Positions 1 through 13,998 of a stretch of DNA of 64,000 nt are shown here, one piece after another. A program made the translations under genes and the position numbers. The stretch covers positions 32,240,001 to 32,304,000 of the forward strand of contig OX597817.1 of the NCBI GenBank assembly GCA_951406725.2, read 5' to 3'. How positions within the stretch are numbered: the stretch's first letter is position 1; each line of letters begins with the position of its first letter. This stretch comes from Octopus vulgaris (Eukaryota). The notes below the pieces were generated by a model, which searched no databases, was not told the origin of the DNA, and saw only the letters and a list, made by a program, of their open reading frames with translations.

Positions 1-660
1 GTGACTGTCATACTCTGGTCTCAAACAAGAAACTGAGGGATGTATCGTTGCAGCTCAGGACCAGTCCTTTCTGGCGAGGAATTACCAGAGATATATCCTG
101 AAATATGAAAGCAGCTCATCATGCCACATACGCAAAGAACATTCAGAAACAGCTGACCACATAATCTTTGGATGCAGTAGACTGGTACCAACTGGATTGT
201 TGCAAAGACATGACAGGGCAGCTCAGTACATATATTGGTCAATATGTCGCACATAACACCACCACCCCCGCACACACAACAATTAGTGGGGGACACAAGC
301 CACTACAAGTTGCCCAGAAAGCTGAGGCTACCATCTTTTGGAATTTCAGCCTTCGGACTAGTTGAGAAATGCAGGCAGACTGATGTGAACTCATTGTGAA
401 AAATCATGTTAAAAAAATTTATCTTCTGATTGATGTTGCAGCCCCAACCGGCAAAAACACATCTCTAAAAACGTTTGAAAAACTGAGCAAGTATAAGGAC
501 CTGGAGATTTAAATCGGAAGAATGTGGCATCTCAAAACAATAAACATTACCTGTTATCATTGGAACACCTGGAATGATATCAAGTGGAGCAAACAAGTAT
601 GTGGACTAAATCCTTGGCAGCCCAAAAACAAACAAATTACAAAAGATCATACTCATGGGT

Positions 661-875
661 ACTCTTTTACTCTTTTTTTACTTGTTTCAGTCATTTGACT
701 GTGGCCATTCTGGAGCACAGCCTTTAGTCGAGCAAATCGACCCCAGGACTTATTCTTTGTAAGCCTAGTACTTATTCTATCGGCCTCTTTTGCCGAACCA
801 CTAAGTTACGGGGACGTAAACACACCAGCATCGGTTATCAAGCGATGATGGGGTGGTACAAACATAGCCACACAA

Positions 876-953
<78 letters not shown>

Positions 954-1193
954 ACCCCTTCGGTCATGAGTGACCATGGGTTTGCACCTAGAGAGTTACC
1001 CTCTAAGGCACAAGTCTGGGCAAGGTTGTTTTATGGAAGACCAGTAGTCGCCCATGCATACCGGCCTCCCCTCTCCACGCCACCAGTGTTATGCAAGGGA
1101 AAGACAAAGGTCGATACAGCTTGGCACCTGTGACGTCGCAACTCATTTCTACAGCTGAGTGAACTGGAGCAACGTGAAATAAAGTGTCTTGCT

Positions 1194-1239
<46 letters not shown>

Positions 1240-1399
1240 GACGGGCTCCTTTCAGTTTCCGTCTACCAAATCCACTCACAAGGCTTTGGTCGGCCCAAGG
1301 CTATAGAAGACACTTGCCCAAGGTGCCATGCAGTAGGACTGAACCCGGAACCATGTGGTTGGTAAGCAAGTTACTTACCACACAGCCACTCCTACGCCT
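661..1399 (-). mobile_element. tRNA-derived SINE family A (CORE-like body, internal microsatellite), full length
   Basis: Reverse complement of the AGGAGTGGCTGTGTGGTAAG...GGCACCTTGGGCAAGTG...(TA/TG)n...CCAGCATGGCCGCAGTCAAATGACTGAAACAAGTAAAAGAG repeat seen many times in the window. Confidence 0.9.
951..1196 (-). mobile_element. 5'-truncated SINE (family C body, distinct tail) nested in the (TA)n of SINE A
   Basis: Minus strand TTGAGCAAGACACTTTATTTCACGTTGCTCCAG matches the body of 2488-2808 and 33411-33656. Flanked on both sides by (TA)n. Confidence 0.75.
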
Positions 1400-2189
1400 C
1401 ACACATTCTACGTGAATTCCTATGTAAATGCAACTTTATTCACTACTCTTTTCTTTTCTCTCCCACAGACATCAGTGTTTTTAGATGCATTGTACCTCAC
1501 CTGTTAGCATCTGCTGATGCAAAATCCTGTAGTCCCTCGACGTCTCTGATCGAGACTTGAGTGCAACTCGTATAAACTAAGGAAAACCCAAGACATAACA
1601 TAATAATAATAAACCTTTCTACAATAGGCATGATGCCTGAAATATTAGGGATGAGATTAGTCGATGAAAGGCAAAGTCGACTTAGGCGGAATTTAAATCA
1701 GACTGTAAACAGATGCACTAATGATTCTGCCATAAAAATGAGAATTAAGGTACACGATACACCACTCCCACGATATGATAAAGATAATTCCATGAAGAGG
1801 CTTCTATATTATCGCTAAACCAGGTAGAAATATAAATAGAATTTCCCTTGTATCATACCTACTCTTCTAAGAAAAAGGACACATTGGATTATATAATCCG
1901 GGGTACATTAAATTATGCCTGAAGATATACGCAGTGGTCAAGGCTGACATGTTTTGGTGTTTTGGTGATATGTCTGATCAGCCAAGGCTGACCTCTGGCC
2001 AAACAAAATAATAACATAATGGTGAATATATGTAATACTGACATGAGAAGTGGATGGTACAGTCGATTAAATTGACTAAAGGAATTGCCTGGTACTTCAT
2101 TGACCCTATTGTACCGAACCAGCAAGTTCTGAAAATAAAGGGCCATAAGTAAATACAAGGTAGTTCGTCAAAACTCCCTAACGTCTTTG

Positions 2190-2480
2190 TCACTCCACAC
2201 CCTTTATGCGGTGCTTGGGAAGACTCATCAAACCAAGCGAAATCGAAGTCGTGACGGATAGTGGTGTCACACAACTGGCACCCGAGCCCACGCGCCGGTG
2301 TCACGTAAAATCACCCATTACACTCTCGGATTGATTGGCATTAGGAAGGGCATCCAACCGTAGGAACTATGCCAAATCAGACCGGAGTTTAGTGCTGCCC
2401 CTCAGCTTACCAGCCCTAGTCAAACCTACCAACCCATGCCAGAATGGACAATGGACATTAAATGATAATGATGATGATGA
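2190..2480 (+). mobile_element. 3' part of a SINE or LINE ending in (ATG)n
   Basis: GGCATTAGGAAGGGCATCC...AACCCATGCCAGAATGGAC...TTAAATGATAATGATGATGATGA, a retroposon-type tail. Confidence 0.6.
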
Positions 2481-2487
2481 TATATAA

Positions 2488-2808
2488 GCGCATGGTTTAG
2501 TGGTTAGAGGCATTCGGCTCATGATCCTAAGTTTGTGAGTTCAATTCACAGCTGCGCGTTGTGTCCTTGAGCAAAACACTTTATTTCACGTTGCTCCAGT
2601 CACACTCAGCTGGCAAAAATGAGCTGTCCCTGTATTTTAAAGGGTCAGCCTTGGCACACGCTGTGTCACGCTGAATCTCCCCGAGAACTAAGTTAATGGT
2701 ACACGTATTTGTGGAGTGCTCAGCTACTTGCACGGTAATTTCACGAGCAAGCTGTTCCGTTGATCGTATCAGCTGCGACCCTCGTCGTCGCAACCGACGG
2801 AGTGCTCC
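2488..2808 (+). mobile_element. tRNA-derived SINE family C
   Basis: A-box TGGTTTAGTGG, B-box GAGTTCAATTC, then TGTGTCCTTGAGCAAAACACTTTATTTCACGTTGCTCCAG. Its 3' part recurs at about 6645-6780. Confidence 0.8.
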
Positions 2809-2823
2809 TATATATACATATAC

Positions 2824-2856
<33 letters not shown>

Positions 2857-4313
2857 TGTATGTATTTAATTTGTAATAATGAAGTCAAACCAAATGATAT
2901 TTTGAAAATATTTAATATGTTTCAGATCGTAATATATAACAGGAAATACATTCCTTACACACCTTCTTCAGTTAATATATTTCAAAATGTCAAAATGTAT
3001 AAGCTAGAGACGCACAAAGCAGTTGAATGAAATATATGCCTGTAAAATCATTTTTAACACCTCAGGAGAGTACAAGAGTATACGATCGTACACATACACG
3101 CATTTATGTTTTGTGTGTGTGTGGGCTTGCGTGCATGCGTATGTGTGTGTGTGTTTGCGTACATGTGTGTTGCCTAACTTCCTTGTAAACTATTTGTCGA
3201 AACTCTTGTTCGAAAATTTGTTTCCGTGAAATTTTGACTTTCTCTCGTCACACTCTTAACTTTCTAAATTGTAATTTTCACGTGGAAACATAGCCAGATA
3301 GTTTATAGTCCCCAGATCGAATCTTGCTGTGCCTGTTTCAGATATTAAGCGTTATAATTATGAGATATTTACCACCTTGTTTTAAAAGATGCTAAGTTTC
3401 AATAATCGAAATAATAAGGCCTCCGGGACAAGATTTTTAAATATATATACATTAATAATTGCTTCTAATATAGCCCACATATTTTAAAGGGAGAGTACAC
3501 TCAATTAAATCTTCTCCAATATGTGGCTGTTGTTTATTTTATCGACCTCGGAATGTTGAAAGGGAAAGGCGACTCCAGCGAGAATTGAAACCAGAATGTA
3601 AAAATGGTGTATTAGTCAAAATAATTACGTACGCCAGTAATATCAATTTTACTGAAAGAAATAACAGCCAATACCAACAACCCAGTCGGGACAAATTCGA
3701 CAGTTAAATCAGAAAGACATTCCTAAGAAGAATATTACAGAAAAAAAACAAGACAGAACCTAGAGTAAGACAGATGTCAGTTTGATAATTTACCTCTGCT
3801 GTTGATTTTGTACGTAACAAGTAACCAAGTTCCATAACAACAACACGGAGAAAATATTAAATACCGTGGAAGACATTCCAAGCAAATTTTAATATTATTA
3901 GATTCCTCTATATTTTATTAGTTTTTTTCAACAATACCAACTGCCGTCACATATGCAACATTGTGACGTAATAAATGAAGCTTTTTGTGTCCATGGTAGC
4001 AAAACAAAAACTAGGATAATTTCATTGGAAGATTGAGTTTTAAATAATGCAACGCAGATGACCGAACGAATTTGAAGTATTTGACTGTGAGTTCAAATTC
4101 TTGCTGGACACGGTACATTATATTATACTGCTTCGGTTCACTTATTTGTCGAAAATAAACGCCAGGTGATGTAGTTATATTTTGATCACGGAAGATCAAA
4201 GAATTCGCTTCTTCTGTACATAGTAATTGTTCTAGTTCTCTATACTTTGAGCCCAAATCTCACCAAGGTCAACTTTGCTTTTCATTTATTCGAGGTCGAT
4301 AAAAAGATTACCA

Positions 4314-4495
4314 GGTGTAGGAGTGGCTGTGTGGTAAGTAGCTTGGTTACCAACTACATGGTTCTGTGTTTAGTCCCACTGCGTGGCACCTACTATAGCC
4401 TCGGGCCGACCAAAGCCTTGTGAAGGGATCTGGTAGGCGGAAACTGAAAGAAACCCGTCGTATATATGTATATATATGTGTGTGTGTGTGTGCGC

Positions 4496-4545
<50 letters not shown>

Positions 4546-4760
4546 TTGTGTGTCTGTGTTTGTCCCCCCCCCCAACATCGCTTGATAACCGATGCTGGTG
4601 TGTTTACGCCCCCGTAACTTAGTGGTTCGGCAAAAGAGACCGATAGAATAAGTACTAGGCTTACAAATAATAAGTACTGGGGTCGATTTGCTCGACTAAA
4701 GGCGGTACTCCAGCATGGCCACAGTCAAATGACTGAAACAAGTAAACGAGTAAAAGAGAG
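4314..4760 (+). mobile_element. SINE family A (internal deletion) inserted at a family B SINE remnant
   Basis: Same head, internal microsatellite and tail as the other A copies. Preceded by a family B fragment at 4245-4312. Confidence 0.85.
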
Positions 4761-5378
4761 CCAAGGGCAGTTGGTTAGCAATATTCTGACGCTTGCATCT
4801 GCCACGTACTAGCTTTTAAGAGAAGTTTCTCCCTTAGACAACACAAGGGTCCTGGAGAGGGACTTCTTCCACAAAATGCTTTCTCAGATTTTCACATGCC
4901 CATGTAGATAGGCAATAAACCCTTACATGTGTTTTATCAGTATGGGATTTATACATATGAACTAACATTTACTTCATTAAAAAGGAATATTAAAAGATTT
5001 GAAACGTAGTGCATAACCTTAAAAATGAACACAGTATTTTCGATTTCTGAAAGGGTCTACATTTTTTGGAAACATTTGGCAACTGATTTCTCGCACATCA
5101 AAATTAAACGCTGGATGCTGAGTAATGAATAGTAATTTCGAATATAGCAATTATGAGCAGCTTTCTATAAGCCTAATAACATGACTATTTAACTTGATGA
5201 GATTACATGGAGATGAGTCTCATCGTTTTCTTGGTAATCTCAACACACACACACAACTTATCTCTCATATTTATACCGTTCTCTTGCACAAACCGAATTT
5301 TTTGCAATACTCAACACTTTACATCAATTAGTTTAATCCCTTACATGTATCTCTCACAGACACAGAAATACTGTAAAC

Positions 5379-6919
5379 CAGGAGCCCCCAACCACCGGCC
5401 TGGGGAACATTTGGTACTGTGCCGCAGAGAATGAATAAATTTTTTAATTTTCTTTCTGTTTTATTGACTATCGCAATGTGCGAGTGTTTTTGTATTATAT
5501 ATGTGTTGGGTTGGCAAGAAAGTAATTTCGGTTTTCTAGTGTAAAATAAGTCAGTCATTTTTGTTTCATACAAACAATGAACTTCAATCAATTATATATT
5601 TTCTATTTTGTTCGATGACCTTTTGCTATCCGTTTGGCAACTTCATGATTCCACGCTCATAAAACTTCTGGTCTTTATCAGCCAAAAACTGAAGCAAGTG
5701 TTATTTCAAGTCATCATTATTATTGAAAATTTTACCATTCAAAGAATTTGGCAAACTTCGAAATAAATGGTAATCTAATGGTACAAGATCATGGCTATAT
5801 GATAGATGTAACATCCTTTCCCAACCAAGCTCCAATAATTTTTCACGAGTTAGCAAAGACGTGTGTGGTCTAGCGTTGTCATGGTGGAACACGATTCCTT
5901 TACGATTGGCTGATTCTGGCCGTTTTTCTTCTATTACTTCCTCCAGTTCCATTAGTTGTTGACAGAAGCATCTGAATTGATCGATTAGTTCCTTAGAAGC
6001 AGGTCAAAATACACAATGCCTTTATAATCCCACCAAATTGACAGCATGACCTTTTTTGATGCAATTCAGCTTTCGATATGGTTTGTGCTGGTTCATTACG
6101 CTTGGGCCATGATCGTTTTCGATTGATGTTATTGTAGACAATCCATTTTTCATTACAAGTGATGATTCCTTTCAAAACAGGATCAATTTCATTGCGTTTG
6201 AGGTGCATATCGCAAATATTGATTCGTTGTGTTAAGTGAATCTCTTTCAATTTATGTGGAACCCAAATATCGAGCCTCTTAACGAGTCCAGGACATTTTA
6301 AGTGATTTTCAATTGTTATATGTGATACATTTAACCTCTCAGCAATTTCTCGCACAGTTATATGACAATCAGATTCAATTACGGCTTTGATTCGGTCATC
6401 ATCATGATTCAGACCTTCAGTAGGTTGACCAGAACGTTGGTCATCTTTGAGTGAAAAATCTCCAGAACGGATTTTTTAAAACCATTTCTGACATGTGCTT
6501 TCTGTTAAGCAATCAACACCATAAACTTCACATATCTCTTTGTGAGCCTCAGCAGCTTTCTTGTCATAACATTGACGAAAGTCATTCAAAAATGTCGTAA
6601 TCTATCTATTTGCGAAAAGGAAATTACTTTCTTGCCAGAAATATCCCGTTCTGTGTCACTGAATGTTCCTGAGGACGCGTGCCTGTGGAGTGCTCAGTCA
6701 CATCCACGTTAATTTCACGAGCAGGCTGTTCCGTTGATCGAATCAACTGGAACACTAGTCATTGTAACCAACAAAGAACCAGGGATATGTGTAATAATTA
6801 GAGTATATATTATGTACTTTATTGTGTTTTGTTATGCGCATGACACCACCACTCCGGTTCAAGGAAAAATTGCCTCGCATGAAATAGGTCCGTGATGCAA
6901 AAAAGGTTGGAAACCGCCA
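5379..6919. mobile_element. hAT/Charlie-like MITE ends enclosing a mariner and a SINE fragment
   Basis: Left end CAGGAGCCCCCAACC and right end GGTCCGTGATGCAAAAAAGGTTGGAAACCGCCA resemble Charlie/MER1-type termini. The TSD is degenerate. Confidence 0.5.
5506..6642 (-). mobile_element. mariner (DD34D) transposon, near full length, frameshifted
   Basis: ORFs 5993-6355 and 5701-5952 carry WVPHKL, CNEKW, HHDNARPH and SYSHDLVPLDYHLF. TIR TTGGGTTGGCAAGAAAGTAATTTC pairs with GAAATTACTTTCTTGCCA. Confidence 0.92.
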
Positions 6920-7224
6920 TTCGTAAATAACTTTTGCATCTTTTTCACCTTCAAGCGCAACAGTTAAACAGTTAAAAAGCCATAACCGTATTTGCACCTA
7001 TCGGCCTGTCCGATCTTGTGTCGTTGTCCCTAGCATTTGAAGGCAATAAATGTAAAGGAACATTAACTAAACCCAAAGCATTTACTACGGTACTCTTCCG
7101 TTTTGATCAATTTATGCCATTAACCCATTTACTTTTAAATATACAAATTATACTGGCCAAAACCTATTCGTAGCTTTTCTAAATGCAAAACATTTATCAA
7201 CAGACCAAAACAGGCTTGGGTAGA

Positions 7225-7270
7225 CTTTACTCTGATGATAAAGTCTAATAGACCGAAATATGTCCATAGC
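7225..7270 (+). ncRNA. hammerhead-like motif in a Penelope-like remnant (stem I weak)
   Basis: CTGATGA(7232-7238) taaa GTCT aat AGAC C GAAA tat GTC. Confidence 0.45.
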
Positions 7271-7744
7271 TGTCATATATTATATATTACACTATTCTCC
7301 CTAAACATGTGGATTGACTTTGAAAGATTAATTTTTTATTTCTTCAAATTATCTCCTCTTACCTTTGGGGGTCACTAGCAACTGCCGCCAGGATTTTGTC
7401 TTCTTTTTTTCCTAACGAAAATGAAGATTTCAGTGCAGAGTACAGTATTCAGTACATCCGCTTTTCACTTATCTAAATTCATGCGATTGTTTTTCGTTAA
7501 AGCTGTATTGTTCATTTATATATTTTAACACTCCTCTATATATTTGGGGTTTTTTTCGCTTTTTAGCTTTGTTTATTTATTTTTTTCCTTATTACTGAAG
7601 ACGAATTATCGTAGTAATTGAGAATGTTTTAACTCATTATTTAATAATCACTTATAAATATATCTTATTAATCTGGAAGAAAACGTAAAAGATAACATTT
7701 TACTTTTCCCTCCAATTTCCACATATACATACAAAGCGAGAGCT

Positions 7745-7959
7745 TGAGCGCGCGCACACACACACACACACACATACATTCGCACGCACACATACTCACA
7801 TACATACTTACATACATACATACATACATACATACACACGCGTACACACAAGCACACACACATACACACTCATATGCATACATACATACATTGACACACA
7901 TACACACTCACATACATTACGCACGCACACACACATATACACACAGACACACACACACA

Positions 7960-8015
<56 letters not shown>

Positions 8016-8312
8016 TACACACATACGAACATGCACACACCACTCACATACTCACAAACACAGAAGGACACAAACATCGGGAAGACATCTGGATGATTTT
8101 GAATTCATTTTATTTTAAATTTTCGTTCGTTCCCACATGTTATCTATTATCAACTTCCCGTAAACAAATACATTTTTTGAAAGTCAGAGAAAGTGATGAT
8201 CTAGATACCAACATGCAAAGAAGTGTGTATGTGCAAAGAAATACATGTGTGTGTGTGTGTGTGAAGGCATGTGTGCGCGGGCGTAAGTTGAAGTGTGTGC
8301 CTGTGTGCATAT

Positions 8313-8381
<69 letters not shown>

Positions 8382-8875
8382 GGTGTGTGTATACATATAG
8401 ATAAATAGGCAGGTAGATAGATATAGGCATATATATATATATATATATGTATATCCATATACGTGCCTCTTGTGTGAATAAATATATATAAATACATACA
8501 TATAAACGTTCATACATAGATACATACATATATACACACACACACACACATACATACATACAAATATTCATACATACATACATACATACATACAAATATA
8601 CATACATACATACATACAAATATACATACATACATACATACATACATACATACAAATATACATACATACATACATACAAATATATATACATTCATACATA
8701 CACACACACACATACATACATACATACATACATACATACATACATACATACATACATACATACATACAAATATACATACATACATGCATACATACATACA
8801 TACATACATACATACATACATACATACATACATACATACATACATACATACATACATACATACATACATAAACAC
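7745..8875. repeat. compound microsatellite block (CA)n/(TA)n/(TACA)n
   Basis: Read directly from the sequence. It explains the HT, YI and CMYV ORFs here. Confidence 0.95.
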
Positions 8876-9504
8876 ACTTGCTATGACACACTTCAGAACA
8901 AACGTATACATTTTAGGCCGCAATGTTTGTGTAAAGCAATTAAAATCAATTAAAGATACTAAATAATCGTAAAGTACCATCTTTATTCATACAATCTCAT
9001 CGTAGACCAAAGAGGGAGTAGCAAAAGTAGTTTCTAATATCGTTAAGAATTCATTAGAAACTGATGACCCTTCTTTTGGATATACACGGGGAAATGATGC
9101 TTATACCCACATTATTAAAGAATTAATTAAATTAAAGGATTACACTGATTTCTATAAATAATGTGTTTTTGACATTTCGTCCCTTAAAATAATGTATGAC
9201 GTGTTAGCCCTGTTTTGTGCAACTCAGTTAATCTGACATAATATAATGATTTTATAATAGCGGTTGTGATTATATCTATTGGTTTATTATGTAGTATAAA
9301 TAAAACAACACAGCGAATAGCAGTTGTAATTTATTTAAACGGATTGCCAAGATTATAATAGTAACTTATATACATGAATGTGCGTGTGCCTATGTATGTT
9401 ATGTACGTATTTATGTAATATATATATATGTGTGTGTGTCTGTGTGTGTGTATGCATATGTGTGAATGTGATATGTAGATATACATACATATATATATAT
9501 ATGT

Positions 9505-10435
9505 AACATATATATATATAAAGAACTCAGTGTGTGTGTGTGTGTGTGCGTGTGTGCGTGCGTGTGTGTGTGTAAACCCACATAACTTGTGAAGTTCGTA
9601 ACTAATTTTCTTCAAACTGGAAACATACATTACTTATGTTCCAGACATGGTTTTAGACTTAAATTTTTCCCATAATGAGTAATGGGACCTCTGAGGCCAG
9701 AGAACCCCCTTTCCTGGGTTAAGTGTGACTACTGTGGGAAAGGGGAGCAACTCTTTGTGAAGTAATGTTTCTTAAAATTTGCTAAGATACTGATATCATT
9801 TACGTTTTCATTATTAACATACAGTTGTTATTATGTCAAATTTCTTGACATAATGTCTCCAAAGAAGAGATTCTCTATTGGTCGACAAACGGAGGTAGCA
9901 GAGAAATTGAGAAGAAGGAAAGCAAATGAATCGTCACATAAAACTGCAATTAGACAATCACAAAATGCTGTATGTACAGCTACGGCATGAGCAATGGAAA
10001 GCGATGAACAGCGTAGTATTCGCCTGGCCAGGAATACTGCATTAACAGCTTCAGCCAATACCCCACCCATTACCATGGTAGATTTCTCTCATGTGCAGGC
10101 TTAATTTCTCATATAAATGTAGTTCCTATGTCTACCGATTGTTCAACGTGATAGCGGCAGCGCCGACAGCTGCAAAGGAGAGTATATCCACTGAGAGCTT
10201 TTTGGTGCGTTCAAAAATCACATACCACCACCCACTTTTCCATGACAAGTTTAGGGCCTAGAATCTTCCAAACAGACGAATGGCATATTACTTAGTTGAA
10301 TTAGCCCCTCATTTACACCACAAATATTTGTTGTCAATGCTGCACTTCCCCATATCACATGTTTCAAGTTAACTGTACCATATATACAAACTGTATATAT
10401 GTATATAATCCTGAGCAACGCCGAGTATCTATTAG
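9505..10435 (+). mobile_element. non-autonomous Helitron retaining the start of the Rep-helicase ORF
   Basis: MSPKKRFSIGRQTEVAEKLRRRKANESS...ESDEQRSIRLARN from 9853 is a Helitron-type N-terminus with one stop. The 3' hairpin CCTGAGCAACGCCGAG plus TTAG matches the ends at 20691 and 26274. Confidence 0.7.
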
Positions 10436-11242
10436 TATATATATATATATGTATATATATGCTTCCGTAATGGAAGCAAATAAACTTTAGTTATATCGAG
10501 CTTCTGTCATCAGGGTAGAAAAAAATCTTACATTTCAGATCATGATGCAGTTTAAAGGTGAAATGTATAAATGTGGAGAGCAAGCAGTATTGGTGGGAGG
10601 AAGTAGGCGGCTCAGTGGAGGTGTGGCGAGTGTTGAAGCAGAGAAGGGTGAGAGGAAGTAAAAGAGTCAGTTCAGGAAGAGGGAGGACGGTTAATAATGT
10701 GGATATTAGGGAGGTAGTACTAGAGGTGAAGTGTTGGGAGCGAAGTGGGAGGGGTGGGACAGGTAGCAATTTAAGGTTTTTGTTGGGTTTGTGAATAGTA
10801 TATCAAACCCAAGCTATTTATATTTCATTTGTTTATCCACATAATCGCCTCCATATCTGCTCAACTTGATCCCTCTTATAACCACTCTTTACTTCGCAGA
10901 ATTTGTCCCTCGTAACGACATCGGAGTCTAAGTTCGAATCATTGGAGCGCTGCTACGTGTTTTTTTTTTATGCCGAGAATCTCTGGACCTCATCTGTAAA
11001 CTATATACCCTTTGCTCGGCCGAGCGATACCTTATAGATCACACTCATAGATAAGCAATTCTTGGGCACATCTACAAAGAATATCCCAGTTCCGCCTCGG
11101 GATTTCTACATGAAACTCTAATTATAGAAAACAAACGACTTCATTACTCGATTGAGGCAGAGAACTCTCTCCTATCACCTCAAATGCAATACTTCTGACT
11201 CCTCCAATGATAAGGACTGTTACAATCTAAAATCTCACAAAA

Positions 11243-11620
11243 ATCCATTTGCCCGCAATTGTTTGCAAACGTCCACACGTCGTTGAGCTTGGCCATTAGA
11301 AAGTTCATGATGAGCTTCTCGAGTGCGTCTGTTCATAAGGCCGAGCTTATGGAGGTGTTGATTGATGATGCCTTATGAAGGACCAGGTTCTACCGAAAAT
11401 GTACGAGTGCTTGTGTTGAACTGTTGTTCAACCATTTGAAGCAAGGCCTCATCTTCCACAACAGATCTCCCTGACCTTGGTTTATTTTCGAGGCTTCGTT
11501 TACCTTCCTTGTAACGTCTAAATCAGTTTTGTGTCACACGTTCTTTGACAGTTCCTGGGCCTTCCACATCTTTAATTTCTTTTGCCGCGACCCTTGCACT
11601 CAGTCATTTATTCCACAGAC
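11243..11620 (-). mobile_element. mariner transposase N-terminal fragment
   Basis: Minus strand reads AAKEIKDVEGPGTVKERVTQN*FRRYKEGKRSLENKPRSGRS...HLHKLGLMNRR...HELSNGQAQRRVDVCKQL. Confidence 0.8.
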
Positions 11621-12133
11621 AACATAAAATGGCTCTAATTACAATCTAATTCACCAACCATTATCAAAGGTTTAAATTAAAAAATAAGAAATTTAGTAAC
11701 GACTGGACAACAAATTGTATCAAATTAATGATATAACATGGAGATACAAGCAGCCAAAAATCATCAGTGAAAATCCGAAAAAAATTTTGACTAAACTTGG
11801 TATAAATCGAATGAAACTTTGAATATAAAATTTCTATGTAATTTTGATATGATAACAATTTTCACAGATGAAAGCCAAATGGAGAAAGTCGTAGCAAAAA
11901 GAAGGATGAAGATAGGAGTGACAAAGATAACGTCATGAGGATATAGAAAGACTTACAGAAATAGAAGCGATAAACACAGAGATGGAAAGAGAAAGAGAGA
12001 GAGAGATATTGGTAGGAAACAGTAAAACAAAGGGTGTACAAATTTAAGACGTCGCGGAGAATAGAAATGTTTTCTGATTAGCTTGAAGCTGGAATCTTCA
12101 ATAATAAAAAAAAAACTTCAAAACTACATTTTG

Positions 12134-12227
<94 letters not shown>

Positions 12228-12235
12228 GAAATTTA

Positions 12236-12503
<268 letters not shown>

Positions 12504-12769
12504 TTAGAAATTATAAGAATTTTCTACACGTTGAAAACCTCAATAATTGCTTTCTCTTAGTAGGAGTTACATAATTCCAACTAATTAATAAGCAGCTTTT
12601 TTCATCAGATTCTGACCTTGAACTATCTCAACGGTCAATCTCTTCCGCTTTCATCCAATCTGACGTCAACCCATATAAATAGACATTTATTATCATTAAT
12701 TTCATGGGCTCCTCGTGAGCAGTTGTCGAAAAGCTTGTTGTGTATTTTGTTGGACAATTAAGTTCCTGG

Positions 12770-12855
12770 ATTTTCCTGAAGAGAAAGCTGCATAATGGAC
12801 TCCTTATTCAATCGGAATTAGGGCCTTTGCAGACTTCGAAACATATGTCGAAAAT
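12770..12855 (+). ncRNA. type I hammerhead ribozyme with extended stem II
   Basis: Stem I ATTTTC/GAAAAT, core CTGAAGA (12776-12782), a hairpin stem II of about 55 nt, GAAA (12838-12841), palindromic stem III ACATATGT, and a GUC site cleaving after 12849. Confidence 0.75.
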
Positions 12856-12906
12856 AAAATAAAGGAATTTTGTTAAATCTTCGTTCAGCTCCATTCTTTC
12901 CTATAC

Positions 12907-12963
<57 letters not shown>

Positions 12964-13327
12964 TATTTTTCTTCTATCGATTCCAATCGGAAGCTTTGAC
13001 CTTGTTGTGGCCCCGGCTTCAGCGCTAATCCTTGTTTATTTTAGACTCACTTCCCAATTCTGTCTCTGCAATTGATCCTGGAGACATCGGAGTTGGTCAA
13101 AGATTCCTTTGTTTGCATTTCTTGCTGAGATATTGGTTCATCATACACACGCACATACACACACACACAGATACTTACATGCATATATATATATGTGCAT
13201 ACATATATACATACATACGTATATATGTATACATATATACATTTATACATACATATGTATATATGTATACATATATACATATATACATATGTATATATAC
13301 ACATGCACACACAAATACACACACACT

Positions 13328-13433
<106 letters not shown>

Positions 13434-13961
13434 CTGGGTTAGTTGTTTGTTTTAGCCTAACGATTGCCTTGAGCGTGCAGACATATAATCAAAAAATTTA
13501 TGCCTGCCGTGACCATCTTGTTTTTTCCCAGACACAGTGTATCCACAACTACGTAAGCCCACACAAACACGTGTGTGTGTGTGTGTACATGCGTGTGTGT
13601 GTACATGCGTGTGTGCGTGTGTGTGTCTGTGTCTCTGTGTGTGTGCATGCGTGTGTGTGTGTGTGTGTGTGTGCATATGTGTAAAAGAAAAAGTTCATAC
13701 GTTCCGCCTATTTTCATATATGATATATGTGTGTGTATGTGTATATGTATATGTATATATATATATATGTGCGCGTGTGTGTGTATGTGTTTGTATGCAT
13801 CATGAATATGTGTGTGATACGTATCACAGACATACCGTATATACGCATTTGTTTATATGGATTTAACGTATGTGGCTACTTACATGAGTTTGTGTGTTGG
13901 TGTACATGTGTTTTTGTATGTGTTTGTGTGTAGGTGTATGTGCGTGTGTATCCGTGTGCGA

Positions 13962-13998
<37 letters not shown>

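Larger units (their letters stand above)
1..1612 (+). mobile_element. 3' end of an R4/Dong-type non-LTR retrotransposon (RLE endonuclease), degenerate, split by a SINE
   Basis: Frame 2 reads SGLKQETEGCIVAAQDQSFLARNYQRYILK...CHIRKEHSETADHIIFGCSRL...RHD (zinc knuckle plus RHD). Then IFWNF...LLIDVAAP...EKLSKYKDLEI...LQKIILMGT, resuming as HILREFL at about 1403 after the SINE. It has stops and frameshifts and ends in a (TAA)n tail at 1600-1612. Confidence 0.85.

Noticed and set aside
7648-8980. Many 60-200 aa ORFs of HT, YI, CV, CMYV and LSIY type here and throughout the window
   Set aside because: They are translations of stop-free microsatellites, not genes.
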